A stretch of 55,995 nt of DNA from Pelomyxa schiedti (lineage: Eukaryota; Protista; Evosea). The DNA lies in assembly GCA_020536535.1 (NCBI GenBank), contig JAHLWZ010000422.1, positions 1 through 55,995 of the forward strand, written 5' to 3'. This document shows, piece after piece, positions 11,602 through 24,805 of this stretch (within the stretch, counting starts at the first letter, position 1; each line of letters opens with the position of its first letter). The notes under the pieces are model-generated. The model did not search any database. It was given only the letters and a program-made list of their open reading frames with translations, and was not told the DNA's origin. A program made the position numbers and the translations under genes.

Positions 11602-13208
11602 TTAGCTGTCTTTTTGTAGCTTTCTGAAGAAAAAGTTGTGGCATTTGGCCGTTGGTGCACAGTACACAGTCTCTGGCCACTGCACAACAAATTCCTGAAC
11701 AAAATTGAAAAGAAGTCTTCCTGTGAGAGACAACGACGTAACACGGCAAATACTTTCAATGTACACAACACTTGTTGAGTGCCACAAGAAGACCTACAGA
11801 TGGAAAATAAGTACTCTTAGAAGGGACAACAGAACAGCGTACTCGCAGAATCCAGGCAGATATAACAATAGGCAAACAGGTGCCAGGGCCGTTGCACAAC
11901 ACCTAAAATTGTAGTACCATTAGCACTTTTTTTCTTATTTGGAGTTTTTGGATACCAAGTTCGGGCGGATCCTCATTACCAAATAGAAGGAAAATAGGAA
12001 GGAATATATCTATGAGGAGTTAAAAAGAACTGTAACCCAAAGTACATTGACCGTTGTAAAGATACTAGTGAAGTACGACTGGCCAACGCGTCTGCTCCTT
12101 GGGATGTGGTGAATCACACTACCACCATCTTCACCCTATGTTGGTGTCACGTTTTGGGAAAGTGCTGTAATGCCAATTTTACCTCAAACTTATTTGCCTT
12201 AGTTGTACTTATTACATCCCCTGTTGCAATAACATAGTGGCGTGGCGCAAATTTAACCTTGTCAATTGCAGCAATTTCCTGCAACATCTCCATTGTGTGC
12301 CCACCTTGGCATGATAAGTTTGCTTTTTTTTCAAAGGAAAAATCTAGAAAAATAAAACCTGAGCCTAGAACAATCATTGTGGACACAGGGGAATTTCTGG
12401 GTGAGCGGCTTGAAGGTGGAAGAATTGTTTGTGATTGGTCAACTAAGGTAGTAAAGGAATATTCACTGCGTCCAAGGTGGGGGTCGATATTGGGAATAGG
12501 TTCGTCGGCACCTGGATCCTGCTCTAGAGTGTCAAGGAGGAGCGTTGCACTATGGCCCAGGTAAGTAGTTCTCAAGTAAATGCAAGGAAAAACCGTTTAA
12601 CTAAAACAATGGCCCCTAGGGAGCTCATTTTCGTTGCTAGCTCTGTTTGATGGTTGCCCATAAGAGTGTCATTAATGACCTCAAAAGTGAATTATCCTAG
12701 CTAAGAAAAGTGAGAATTGCAAACCACAAATGTCTTGCGCTCGTTCCGGACAGCTTCCACAATGGAACCAGCCCCTTAAATTCCAATTAGTAAAAGCAAT
12801 GAATCTTCTCCAGTCAAAACATAGCAAGGCACACCAGCATGTGAAATGACCAAGGCTGCGTTCTTCATATCAGCATCGAGGCTATCTTTGAATCTATAGA
12901 ACACCGCACGCCACTTCCCCGTTTGTGACGACGCCTCGGCCTTCGCGGAATCCTCAAGCCCTCGAGGAGGCACGCACACACAAGATGGAAGATACGCTCC
13001 ATTCCCAATCTGCATGACCACGCCGGTGTACCCCTTCTTCATCATCAACACACGAAACTGCTCAGAGTCAGCAACCTACGCGCCGCGGGGCAAAAGTAAA
13101 TGGCCAAGCCTTGTCGTCCCAATGGGAAAGAGGGGGGCAAAAACTCACGCGTATAAGAGGATCGAAGTTTGTCGTTCCCACCGTCACAAAAACCGTCCTT
13201 TCCTCCAT
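11602..13208 (-). CDS. ALG13/ALG14: Fused UDP-GlcNAc transferase ALG13 (N-terminal) + ALG14 (C-terminal), dolichol-linked oligosaccharide synthesis
   Basis: ALG13 motifs: VFVTVGTTNFDPLI, QIGNG, LVISHAGAGSIVE, VINDTLMGNHQTELA. ALG14 motifs: TMIVLGSGGHTMEM, PRHYVIA, IPRSRRVGQSY, VLCNGPGTCLPI, VYIESICRVTSLSLTG, FVVQW. A 44-nt intron (12550-12593) joins the halves in frame. Confidence 0.88.
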
Positions 13209-13267
13209 CTCCTCCGGCGGCAAATTTTCTTCTTGTGGGGTTTTTTTTTTTTTTTTGATTGTGCCTG

Positions 13268-13621
13268 ATGACGGGACGCCACGCGAGCTCAGACATTGTT
13301 GCGTTGGTTCGCGACACGTGGCTCCAGACGGAGAAGGAAAATCCCACGGCGTTGAGTGATGGCGACCGTGCCCAAATGTGGGCGAGCCTCGAGGCCGATC
13401 TCAAGGCCGCGTCGCCGTCGGAAGGAACTGCAGCTCATATCGAGGAGGACGGGGACGGCCTCGTGGACGACGATCGGCAGCCGGCACTCTCTGGGCTCCA
13501 CGACGCCAGCGCGGCTCTCAGGGACCAACTTGTGTTCACGAGGGACAGGGTATCTGAACTACGCAACACGTACACTGCAACATCGGCAAAGGCGGCAACA
13601 GGTGGTGCTGGCCACATCTGA
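13268..13621 (+). CDS. Small hypothetical protein (117 aa) with a helical/coiled-coil C-terminal part
   Basis: Intronless GC-rich ORF with coding-like composition. I recognise no family. Confidence 0.5.
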   Translation: MTGRHASSDIVALVRDTWLQTEKENPTALSDGDRAQMWASLEADLKAASPSEGTAAHIEEDGDGLVDDDRQPALSGLHDASAALRDQLVFTRDRVSELRNTYTATSAKAATGGAGHI

Positions 13622-13867
13622 ACGACATGACACCGGAGTCATTTTCTGCTCAGCCTCGCGAGGTCCAACTGGACAAATGGCCCTTGATTGCAGCCAATCA
13701 CCGTTGCTCTGCGAAGTGATCCCAGAGCTCACCGCCACTCACTGTGAAAACCAATCAGAAAAGGTGCATGTTCCTGATGTACAGACAAAACCAACCGACA
13801 CAACACCGGGCGACCCAAAAATCTTTCGTCTATCTGGCGGTTTCTTAAAAAAACAACCTCGTGCACG

Positions 13868-16658
13868 ATGGTGAAGGCTGTACTTTGTGGGCTGGTGGTC
13901 GCTCTGGCGTTGAGCGGTACCGCGAGCGCGTGGCAGCGCACGCAGTGCGGGCCTGGCGACCAGATCACGTCGTGGGGGGAGGACCTCGACCCTGCTAATG
14001 TTCTGCCCGAGTACCCAAGGCCACAAATGGTCAGGGACACCTGGAAAAACCTCAACGGCGTGTGGCAATTCCAAGTACTGAATCGCCTACCTTCTTCTTC
14101 TTCTTTTTTTTTTTTTTTTTTCTTTTTTTTGTTTTCCCCAGGCATGTGACTTGTTGTTGTGTGGTTTGGTAACATGACTTTCCTTTGTGAAGGCTGGATC
14201 GAGTGGGGAGGTGCCTCCTTTTGGGCAGAATTTGACATCGGAGATTCTGGTACCTTTCCCTGTGGAATCGTGCCTTTCCGGAGTTGGCGAAACCTATAAG
14301 TATGTTAGTGTTCTTATGATGTTATGGGTGTCATATGGGGAATGCACCTAACCTCTTTTGTGCCACTTGTAGGTACCTCTGGTATAGGTTGGTATTTGAC
14401 AAACCAGCTTCGTTTGCGAATCCCAGAACATTGCTTCATTTTGGGGCAGTCGACTGGCAGTGCACAGCATACATTAATGGAGCGGTATTTCCCGCCTACT
14501 AAACCATAACCTAGATCCAGTTTAACAAATCATCAGACTGTTGGTTCACATACAGGTGGCTACGACTCTTTTTGGTTTGAAATTACGGATTACCTCAAAC
14601 CAACTGCCAACGAGCTTATCCTTTATGTATATGATCCATCTGATGATGGTTACCAAGTAAATGGAAAGCAGGTAAAATCTCCTCTTCCTTTTTTTTTTTT
14701 TAAATAACCTTGACAGCGAATTTCCGCCATCACTGACCCAGGGGGTGATACCTACACTCCCGCGAGTGGAATCTGGCAGACTGTATGGCTTGAAAATGTT
14801 CCAAGCGTATTTGTTTCAGATCTGAAGATGGAAGCTGATGCCTACACTTTTAAGATGATTCCTACTGCCAACCCTGAACAGCATGTATACATAGCTCCCA
14901 AAGACACCTTGGCGTTCAAACATGTTAACATGTTTGCAGGTTCAAGTATCAGTCACTGTCTATGATAATGGTGTAGCAGTAGCATCTGTTACCGGAACCA
15001 CTGGCAATTACCTTAGTGCAAAGATTCCAAACCCAAAGATTTGGTGCCCAGCCAACCCATTCCTCTATGACCTGGTTATTAAATTGTCCACGGGAGATAC
15101 CGTCACAAGCTACTTTGGGATGCGAACTGTATCACTTGGAAGTGTGTGGCACCCGGGAACACCTGACACTGGAGCTCAGATTGGAATTGATAGACCTGGC
15201 CAGGTTTTTAAAATTACCGTACTACCTTCTGTTAATTGCCATTTAACATTAGGATATGTCTGGATACCCCATAACACTTGATGAAGCTGATTACAACTTA
15301 TGCTGGGCTCTTTGCAATGAGACCGCTGAGTGTCAGGTCCGTCCCGTGCAAGAATGAAACGGAAATTTTAACAGGATACAGGCTTGGGCTTATGGAATCC
15401 CAGGCTGTGACTCTTACAGAAATCCGCAATGCTGGTTGAAATCTGGAATCCCAGGCACAAGCAGCAATCCTTGCCGCGTATCTGGAGCCAAGGGAATTGA
15501 TCCATTCACAGCTCGTAGGCCATTCCTGAATGGAGGGTTTGTTTACCTCGCAGGCTGGCTTGACCAGTCATTCTGGCCTGATGGTACGTTAAAAGCCACT
15601 TTACTGCATCATTTTATACCCCTAGGTATATACACCGCTCCCTCTGATGAGGCCCTTCGATATGATCTCGAAGCACTATCCATATTTGGAATGAACACAG
15701 TGCGCTTGCATCAGAAAGTGAACAGTGAAAGATGGTACTACCACGCAGATACACTTGGTGTTATTGTCATACAAGATATGCCACAAAAATACGGTGGTGC
15801 TACTGCAGCAACAGTCGATCCTTTCATGGATGATTTGCAGTACCCCTCCACACTTGGTTCAGAAAATAATACTGATCGCTCTTTTCCTGCATAGGGCAAT
15901 GATTTATGGAAAATTCAATCATCCAAGCATTATTCAATGGGTAACTTTCAACGAAGGTGACTGCGTGGGTGTATTTGATGCAGCTTCTGTTGTGGCAACT
16001 GTCCAAGCTTGGGATCCCTCACGACTTGTTGACACCAACAGGTTTTCCCACCCTTGTAACACTGTTATCAGAATTAATTCAACCATAAGTGGAGGGCCCG
16101 CAAACGACCTTCATGTTGGAGATGTGAATGATTACCACAATTATCCATATCCAGGAGATCCCAGGGTGTGCATCTAACATACTCAGCACACTACTAAGTT
16201 CCCTTGTGCAGCCATCCAGCACACAATATGGCATGGAAGGAGAATTTGGAGGCATTGGAGCTTTCATCACCGGCCATGAATGGGTTCCCAATCAGTGCAC
16301 AACCTATCTGGTAACTATTTGTCCCTTTTTTTATAAAGAAAAGGGAGGGAATACTACATGCGATTCTCAAAAACAGTCAAGGAGGTTGATACACCACAAG
16401 AGGAGGCGGATACCTACGTAGCCATGGCAGACACACTATTTGATGAGAGAATGGATGTCTCGTGCTCCATCTACACACAGATTACTGATGTTGAGAGGGA
16501 ATGCGATGGTTTGTGTTTCCCACCTCCTTGTTGCTAGTGAATTGCTGATACCTGTGAATCCAGGGTTCCTCAACTATGACCGGACAAATAAGTTCACTCA
16601 AGCACAGACTGACCAGATTTGGGCTGCAAACCAAGCACTGATATCCGGCACCAAGTGA
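13868..16658 (+). CDS. Secreted glycoside hydrolase family 2 (beta-galactosidase/beta-glucuronidase-like) with inserted PAN/apple domain
   Basis: Signal peptide, then PEYPRPQMVR..WKNLNGVWQF, LHFGAVDW, HTGGYDSF, SGIWQTVWLE, WCPANPFLYDL, SYFGMRTV, GWLDQSFWPDG.YTAP, MNTVRLHQK, NHPSIIQWVTFNEG (acid/base), GEFGG (nucleophile) and YTQITDVERECDG. Confidence 0.92.
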
Positions 16659-17063
16659 TCACTACAACGGATAATGGGGAAAAAAAAAAAAAAAAAAAGA
16701 CTACTTCGCGTAACCAACCATCAACCCACAATTCCATTGCCATTGGTTTTTTGTTTGGGATCACGCCGAACAGAATGAAAACTTCAGGGAGCCCGTTCAG
16801 GCCCGGGCTGCCCATCGACCACGCTAGGATTTGGTTCAGAATTGGTGAGTGAGAGTGTTTACTTCGTTGGTGTCATAGTTTGTGCTTGTACTGTGCTCGA
16901 AAACACACAATAGGAGCAAGGGGGCTTGACCCCCAAAACAATTTTTTTTTTTTGCTTTCGACTTGGACAGAAGGAGGTGGCTTCACCAGTGGAATACGAA
17001 TCAATGCCAATCTATTAGATACTAGATAGAGAAATTTCATTGCCACATTCCAACTTGGAGGCG

Positions 17064-20000
17064 ATGAGTGCCGCAACCGGTGGGGACACTCCCGATCCGA
17101 ACAGGCACTACTCCGAGTGAGTACTCTTTTTCTCCCCCTATACATCTCGAGGTTCGACGCGCGCGGTCCCCCGGGTCCTTTGCTCACTACTACTCGTACT
17201 GCAGCATCAACACGCCGCTGGCGCGGCCAGCAGCCCACAGCAGCGCGGTCGTTTCGCCGTCTCCCCCGCCGCAGGCGTCGCCCACGCCCACCCCCACGAC
17301 GTACCGCCTGCCCCCGCGGCCCTACTGCCCCTCGTCGACCCCCAAGACCGGCGGCCTGTGCAGCCCACCCCCCGTGGGCGGCCTGCAGTCGTCCGCGGCG
17401 TCCTCCCAGACCCCCTCGCACCTCGCCCGGCCCGCCGCCAGCAAGCCCCTCGCCCTCAAGCAGGAGCCCCCGCACCCCCAGCCCCCACCGCAGCACCAGC
17501 ACCGCCCCCAGTCTCCCCAGCCCGGTGTTGTTGCCCAATCCCGCGCCCCGCCACCCCCGCAGCAGCAGCAGCAACAGCAACAACACCAGCAGCAACCACG
17601 CCCACAACCACAGCAGCAACCACGGCCGCAGCAGCAGCAGCAACAGCAAGCTCCGCCGAGGCAGCCGCAGGCGCAGGGGCCGCAGCCCGCACAGAAACTT
17701 GCACCGCAGCCGCAGCTGCAGCCGCAGCCGGTTTCGGCGGTGGTTGTGGTGCCGCCGCCGCCGCCGGCTGCCACCACTGTCGCGACTAGTAGTGCCACTG
17801 CCGCTACTAGTGTTAATACTACTACTATCAATAATAATCATCCAAACACTAGTTCATCTACTACTACTACTACTAGTACTACGGCGATCACAACCAACAC
17901 CTCGTCGTCGTCATCTATGACGATACCAGTAGCATTGCCACCTACAGTATCAATTGTGAAGAGAGAGCTTCATCCTGCCAGCCATAAGCCTCAGCCTCAG
18001 CCTCAGCCTCAGCCTCAAGAACAGGCGCAGGCTCAGGCTCAGGTTCCTCCTCCGCAGAACAGAGATAGGATGCAACGGAAAATGCTCCCACAGACCGTAG
18101 GCGCCAGCGAACAGCAACAAAAGAATCATACACCTACTGTACCTGCCCCTATCCAAATGAAACAGGAACAAAACCAACAACAGCAACATGTTCAACAACA
18201 GCCACACCCCATGCACTCTGGAAATACAGAAGCTACGATGTTCGCCGTTGATGATCTTCTACAGTACATGGACGTCTTCGACACGGAACAACCCGGCTCC
18301 AGTGCTGTGCAATCTACTACAAATGCAATCCCATTGCCGAATCAAACAGTAGTAAGTCAAGTGATGCCATCCAACTCGGCAGAATTTAGTGAGAACAATG
18401 TTGTGGTATGCACCCCTCCTTTTGCCCATAACTTATAGGAAACAAGAAACCAGTTCATGAGTTCGAAAAACTGGAAAAAGAAAATGCACAGCTAAAATCA
18501 ATCCAAAGAGAATCTGAGAACAAAATTCAGGCTGTGTGTAACTCGAACATGACCTACCTCGGTTCTCACCGGTAGAACAGATGGTTAAAGACATTGAAAT
18601 GCTTAAAGCACAACTTTCCCAACTCCCGAAAGAAACTGTTGACCCCAAATACGAAACAATCATTGCAGATCTAAAGGCCAAGCTCGAACGTCATGAGGCA
18701 GAAGTTAAACAGAAAGTGTGTTAGCGTTCATTTGTCGTGTTACTCAAATATACAGGAGCAAGAGATCCACCAACTTCAATCCGAGCTGAGTTGTAAAATA
18801 GCTGCGAAATCGCATACCGTTCAGGACCAACATCCACTCACGAAAGTAACTCACTCCGAAACCGCTATCTCTCTTGCACCACGGCCTTCTGCCTTGGGCT
18901 CTTCACGATTGTCCCCTATTAAAAGGTCACACTCACATGGTGATACAGCAATGATCAGTCCTGCTGAACAGCCAATCAAACCTCTTTCTGCTCTCCCTGG
19001 TTCCCCACTGGCTACACCCGTACCCGAAAAGAAGAAGTATTTCTCCCCAGACCTCAAAGTATGCGTGCCCATAGATTAACTACTTCCTCGACCTTTCTTT
19101 CTGACCGCCTTCCCAGAAAGAATCTTGTACACACAGTCGACGTGTGCAACAACAGCTTGCTGATCCAGTTTTCGCCCAGTTCTTTTTGGTATTCACTGAA
19201 ATATAATTATTCATTCCGTAAGCAAATCAACATCCACCAGGAAATTTCTGAACCATCTTCTTCCACACCCGATCTCTCGTCGTGTTCTACTGCCACAACA
19301 AACAGTACAGCAAACACTGAACGGGAACTGCCCGTCAAGCCTCCTCCCCAGCCACCCCCTTCCCGAACTGCCACTCAGTTGGATACCCAGTCACCCCTGA
19401 CTTGGTCGTATTTTGGGCAGTTCCAAGAGTACAACAACCCTTGTCATTTCTTAGTTTTACCCATGCTTCGCATATACAATGACCCCAATGTAAGATGAAT
19501 TCTCTCTCTAATTTTTTAGGCACACTCCTTCTAGTTGTGTCATGCAGAATTGGCTTGTCGAGTGATATTTACAATAGTTACATCATGTCAAATATGCTGC
19601 GATATACTCACTGTGGGCCACCCACAACTGTCCAATCCGTTTTCCAGCTTCACACATTGCTCGAGTACTGCTGCATTACGCAGCCGAATGTCCAATCTGA
19701 ACATAAAGAAAGATCAGGCTTGGACAATTCATCCTAAATATGGATCAATCAGCCCTCGATTTGTAACCCCGACCAAAGACAAAGCCCCACCCAACCAGAA
19801 CACAGCTCCAACTGACATTACCGTTGACCCCTTAGTAACTGACACTGGTATAGCTGAGCCACCGCCACCCAAACCAGCTGAGCCACCTCCTATCCCTGCG
19901 AAGGAAAGTGCATCCATTCTCGCCTCTGTTCCAAGACACACACCGCACCGCCGCATGCCTATGAACACTTCTAGTTCACCTGAGTCCCGTACTGGTGCAG

Positions 20001-21247
20001 ATAAGGACGGTGTTGTTCAGCCACCTGAAAGTGCCGTTCCCCGCCAAAAACGACGAAAGTTGCCACCACCAAACACACCCCCTGTTGACCTATTCAATGA
20101 ATTGCCACGCCGACTGGCCAAGGATGATATTGTTAAAAAGGAACCTACTTCCCCTGGTGGACAACCTCGAAGGGTGATCTATCCAACTGCAGTACCACTG
20201 TTAATAACATCCATACGAACTTTACTTGCCCTTGCCAGAAAGAATGATTTCGTCACCAGGTATTAATTCCTACACAGCCATTCCTCAAATCCTCCAGACT
20301 ATTTCCATTGATGTGTGACGGAATCCTCTCAATGGCACTGGATGTACCCTCCTCCGTTCCCGAAAGTACCTCACTCAAGCTGTGCGTTTTGGATGTTTTG
20401 CAGAGGCTCAGGCCATGTTGGTGTTTTTTTCCTTGGTCATATTCTTAACATTGCAGATATAAAGATTCACTTTAAAGAACGAGATACAAAGGCCGACCCC
20501 GCAGAGCAGGTAGTATCTCCAAAGGAGGCTCCTTGCCAAGTACTTGATCAAGTAACTAAAATGATAAGCTCTGTCTCACTTGGTACAGAGAAAGAAGTAA
20601 GTTCATTGTGTAACTCGTCTTTCCTCTCACTCCTATGTCAGGTTATGAAAGTGAAACTTAGTGCTCTCATTTTCTTCATATCAGTAATAAGTAGAAACCA
20701 ACAGTTGCATGAAGGTTTTCACACACCCCCGCCGAAGACACTTCTTAGTGGCGGGACTGAAAGCACCCCCCCTACGCTCAATATTGGTTTCCGCGTGGAT
20801 AAGCTCATCAACGCACTCGTCTTAAAACTGGAAAAAGACCTCCAAAAGTACCTCCAAGTTGGATTTCACACAAGCGAAGCCAAAGAACTGTATGCCCTGT
20901 TAGCGTTTTAGCGGCCATTAACCAAGCTTTTGAATTGCAGACTCGATCACCTCACACTGTCACAATCACTAATAAGGGAACTCTCACAAATTGTTGGCTC
21001 GGAACCCTTCAGCATCGCTCTTTCCGACCGTGGATTAATATCCGCAACAGTCAGCACTCTTTTAGACGAGGTTGTGGACACCTTTGCAGCAAAGCCAAAG
21101 CCACACCCAGAATGGGCTCCCACTGAGATACAGCTAACACAAATGCACCACACAGCTGTGTTTCTACAACAAATCCAAAACACAACAAACCACATCTACA
21201 CCGGGTTTGAACCCACCACTCCCCCAGAAAAATCCAAACGTACCTAA
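17064..21247 (+). CDS. Large Pro/Gln/Thr-rich protein with central coiled coil and helical C-terminal region; function unknown
   Basis: MSAATGGD..HYS splices in frame (intron ~17117-17204) into a long polyQ/P exon. Coiled-coil exons (EFEKLEKENAQLK..) and further exons run to the stop at 21245-21247. Confidence 0.6.
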
Positions 21248-21317
21248 CTGTCAACAACAAAACAACAAACAATTTTGCTCAAATCAAACCATAATAAAAA
21301 AGGACATAGTTCGTCGA

Positions 21318-21984
21318 ATGGGTTGTGGCGGGTCTGTTAATGTACAACAAGGAAGCAGGCCACCACAGGCAAAACCAATAGGCGCCAATGCAACTGAGTC
21401 AGCCTCTGTGCCTAGCAGTATTTGACTGACAAACACCCAGTTTTTATGGGGATGGTACACTAACACTGGGCTTTTTCCATTTGTGCAGAGGCTGTTGTGG
21501 GGTGCCCTGATGCTGTGAGGCAGATAAGTGGACATGTGTGTACAAAGGATTGCTCTGTGTTTGTGAAGAAAAGAACCAGTATCACTCTATTTTTCGACTT
21601 TCCTCCACTCCCCCACGTATCTTTTTTTTGTTTTTATTAATTCTTACTACAGAGCATGCTGTGCAAGGGTGCCCAAATATGATAAACCCTTATCACACCT
21701 GCACTTCCTTTTGCAAAGACTATGTGAAAACGGATCATGAAACACCACAGCCATCAGCATCAACAGCAACAGCAACANNNNNNNNNNNNNNNNNNNNNNN
21801 NNNNNNNNNNNNNNNNNNNNNNNNNNNNNNNNNNNNNNNNNNNNNNNNNNNNNNNNNNNNNNNNNNNNNNNNNNNNNCAACAGCAACAGCAACACCAACT
21901 CCAGTGGCAACTGCAACAACAACACAAACACAGGAGGCACCAGAACAGCAACCTCCACAACAAAAAGCCACTGGAAGTGAATGA
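21318..21984 (+). CDS. Small putatively N-myristoylated/palmitoylated protein with a CPNxxNPYHxCxxFC motif and a Thr/Ala/Gln-rich tail (spans an N-gap)
   Basis: MGCGGS N-terminus and an in-frame splice to HAVQGCPNMINPYHTCTSFC. Stop at 21982-21984. Confidence 0.6.
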
Positions 21985-22050
21985 TGTTATCCATGCTGTG
22001 TTATTCACCTGAACGTTGTACATACGAAAATAATAGAATTTTTGGATTCT

Positions 22051-24805
22051 TCAAACCGTAAAGGTGGTTTGTAGTCTGATATCACGGGAAGAGCTGCCAA
22101 CATAGGCTGTAAATGTGCCGTGCACTTGAATGAACATGTGACTTTCTACATCCCAAATGGAGAAGTCTTGAGAACTGAGTTCAAAATAAACACTGCTTGA
22201 CTCGCCAGGAGACAGTAGAACTTTGTTGAAACCGCGTAAGACCTGTTTGAAAGTTAGTTGGGAGCTTCCTTCTTACTAGTATGAACCTTTGGTGGCTCCC
22301 CAGCCTCTGGAGGATATCCTAAATAAAGCTGAGCAACTTCAGCCCCTGCAACACTGCCAGTGTTTTTGAGGACAAATTTCACTCCAACACTAGAGGCGTA
22401 AATGGTACTGTAATCAAAAGAGGTGTAGGAAAGTCCATGTCCAAAAGGGTACAAGGGTGTCTCATTCTGTGCGTCGTACCAGCGATATCTTTGTGTTGTG
22501 AACCACTTCCATTAGAGTTTGTGTATACCCCACAAGAAGCCCTTCACTGTATGTTACAATGCGGTCTACGCCTGGGTATTGCTCCTTTGTTTGTAGTGGG
22601 TTCTGATCGTCCGTCATAGGGAATGTCAGTGGAAGTTTTCCAGATGGGTTGACATCACCAAACAAAATTTGGCTCAACGCATGGCCGTCTTCCTTTGAAA
22701 ATAACTTAAAGGCGATAGAGCAAAGGTTATGCAAACCTGCCCAGGGAAGAATCTCTCTACAATACTTGGAACCAAAGACTCCCAGGGCATAAGTACAGCT
22801 CCAGGAGAGTTGATAACAACAATTGTATTAGGTTGGGCATTAGCCACAGCAGAAATGAGGTCATCCTTGCTACCAATGAAAAATTATTAAAAGAGGTAGA
22901 ACTTGCCTCTGAGTTTCCAAGTTCACCAAGTGCCAGGGTTAGTCTATCTACACCCTCAGTCGATTCTGCTCCAACAACAACAATTGCTACATCGGCGTCC
23001 TATCTACTGTGAGAGTTTGGAAAGTACTTCTTCAAAAGTACTTTGGCGGCCTGAACAGCCTCAAATTCAATTGTGCCGTCAGTGTAAGTTACATTTACTC
23101 CAGTAGCTCGCTCCACTATTCCATCATATGGTGTGATAATATACGGGGTTCTAACATGACCAGAGCCATAGCCACTAATGAGAGGTACATCATGGCCTTG
23201 ACGTCCAATGACCGCGATTTTTTTGAGATTTTCTGCATCAAGAGGAAGAAGCTATGTGAAGTTGGTGATCAGAAAAGAATCGTAGAATGACCTTGTTACT
23301 GTTTTTGAGGAGCACTGTACCAGCTGCACTAAGGTCTCGTGCAAGTGTGTTGTGTTCTGTGCTGGTTGAATCAACACTGAAATAGTAGTTAATTTGTTAA
23401 ACATTGGCAATAAATAGGACCTCCTATTTCCAGTTTGTGGGTTGTCAAACAATCCCACAGCAAACATTGATGTAAGAATTCGCAGCACTTTGTCATCAAT
23501 GCAGGCCTCAGAAACCTGCAAATGTATTTATTTGTTTGTATTGTGGGACTGGTTAAATACCTCACCAGAGGCTACTGCCTCTGCTAAAGCGGTACCAAAG
23601 TATTGGTCATCCGGCATCTGTACAAGTATAAACATATTTAGCGTACCCAGAACTCACCTCTAAGTCAAGGCTGAGAAGTAATAATTGGTGAGTGCACATC
23701 ATCAACAATTTTGCTTACCCGCCAAGGGCAGATTCCACAGTACTATGCACAGCTCCCCAGTCAGAAACAACAAATCCCTGGAATCCAAGTGTCGCTTTCA
23801 TATCTCCATTCAGCAAATGGTCGTTCTCACAAGCCCATGTATCATTTACTCTTTTCCAGTTAACAATAACCCTTTCGATGTAATGCACACTTATTGTAGG
23901 AACACATCAGAGACCCCACGCCGGCATCAATGGCAGCTTTGAAGTGGGGGTAATAGATCTCTACACGGATTTCAGGCAAATACAAAAGTTACAAGCCTAC
24001 CGTACTGTGTGCGTTCATCAACGTGAGAACTCTCAAGTTTGCGCTCAAATTCCTGGTTGTTGTCAGCCACATGTTTAGAGCAGGCAATTACGCCTTGGCT
24101 TTGTATTCCTGGAAAAGCTATGAGGAGAGTACAAGGAAATATTGGCGGCTCACAAGACCTTTTACACTCTGAGCTGCATACACGGAGGCCAAAGTGGGGT
24201 CCTCGCCGGTGCTTTCAAAGTTCCTCCCACCAACTGGAACGCGAGCAATGTTTGTCATTGGGCCAAGCATAACGTTTGAGCCCTGCAAAGTCACTTGTGG
24301 GAAAATAGTCCCTTTCCACATCTTACCTTGATTCGTTGCTCTGAACTCATGGCGGCTCCAAACTGGTAAAACAAGTCAGCATCCCATGAGGCAGTTACAG
24401 TTAGTGCAGATGGCCAGCACGTTGTCTGTTCCGTTTGATCTCCTACCTTAAATTGCCAAAAAGGCCCAAAATGAGAGTTGCACTTGTGTGACTGTAGTGG
24501 TTGGCACATTACAACAAGAACAAAGCACTCACCCCTTGTGGGCCATCCTCCAAGTGCAAAGAGGGAATGCTTAGTGATCCTATTTCCACAGTGTTCCCTA
24601 CGTAATCTCCCCCAACGCCGTGCACCTAGAGGAGAAACCGAAGTTATGGGACATGCATAGTTACGAGGAATGTGGTTACCATTGAGAGTTTTTGGTCGAG
24701 GGTCATCTGATCCAACAAGGCCTGCGCCCTCTCAGCCGGGGTATCTGTTGCAACAAGCGCGGCCAACAGCAACGTCAACACAACCCCAATACAAGATCTA
24801 CGCAT
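22051..24805 (-). CDS. Secreted glycoside hydrolase family 3 beta-glucosidase
   Basis: Signal peptide, then [55 protein letters not shown] (nucleophile Asp), [49 protein letters not shown] and [10 protein letters not shown]. Confidence 0.95.

Noticed and set aside
16775-17063. Possible upstream exons of the Q/P-rich gene needing TAG read-through
   Set aside because: An ordinary start at 17064 with an intron at ~17117-17204 gives an in-frame model. The conserved genes show no sign of stop-codon reassignment.
16873-17920. Long overlapping ORFs (poly-Cys, poly-Arg, poly-Leu) in other frames and strands, also at 24895-25698 and 48001-48822
   Set aside because: These are shadow ORFs of GC-rich, stop-poor, low-complexity exons.
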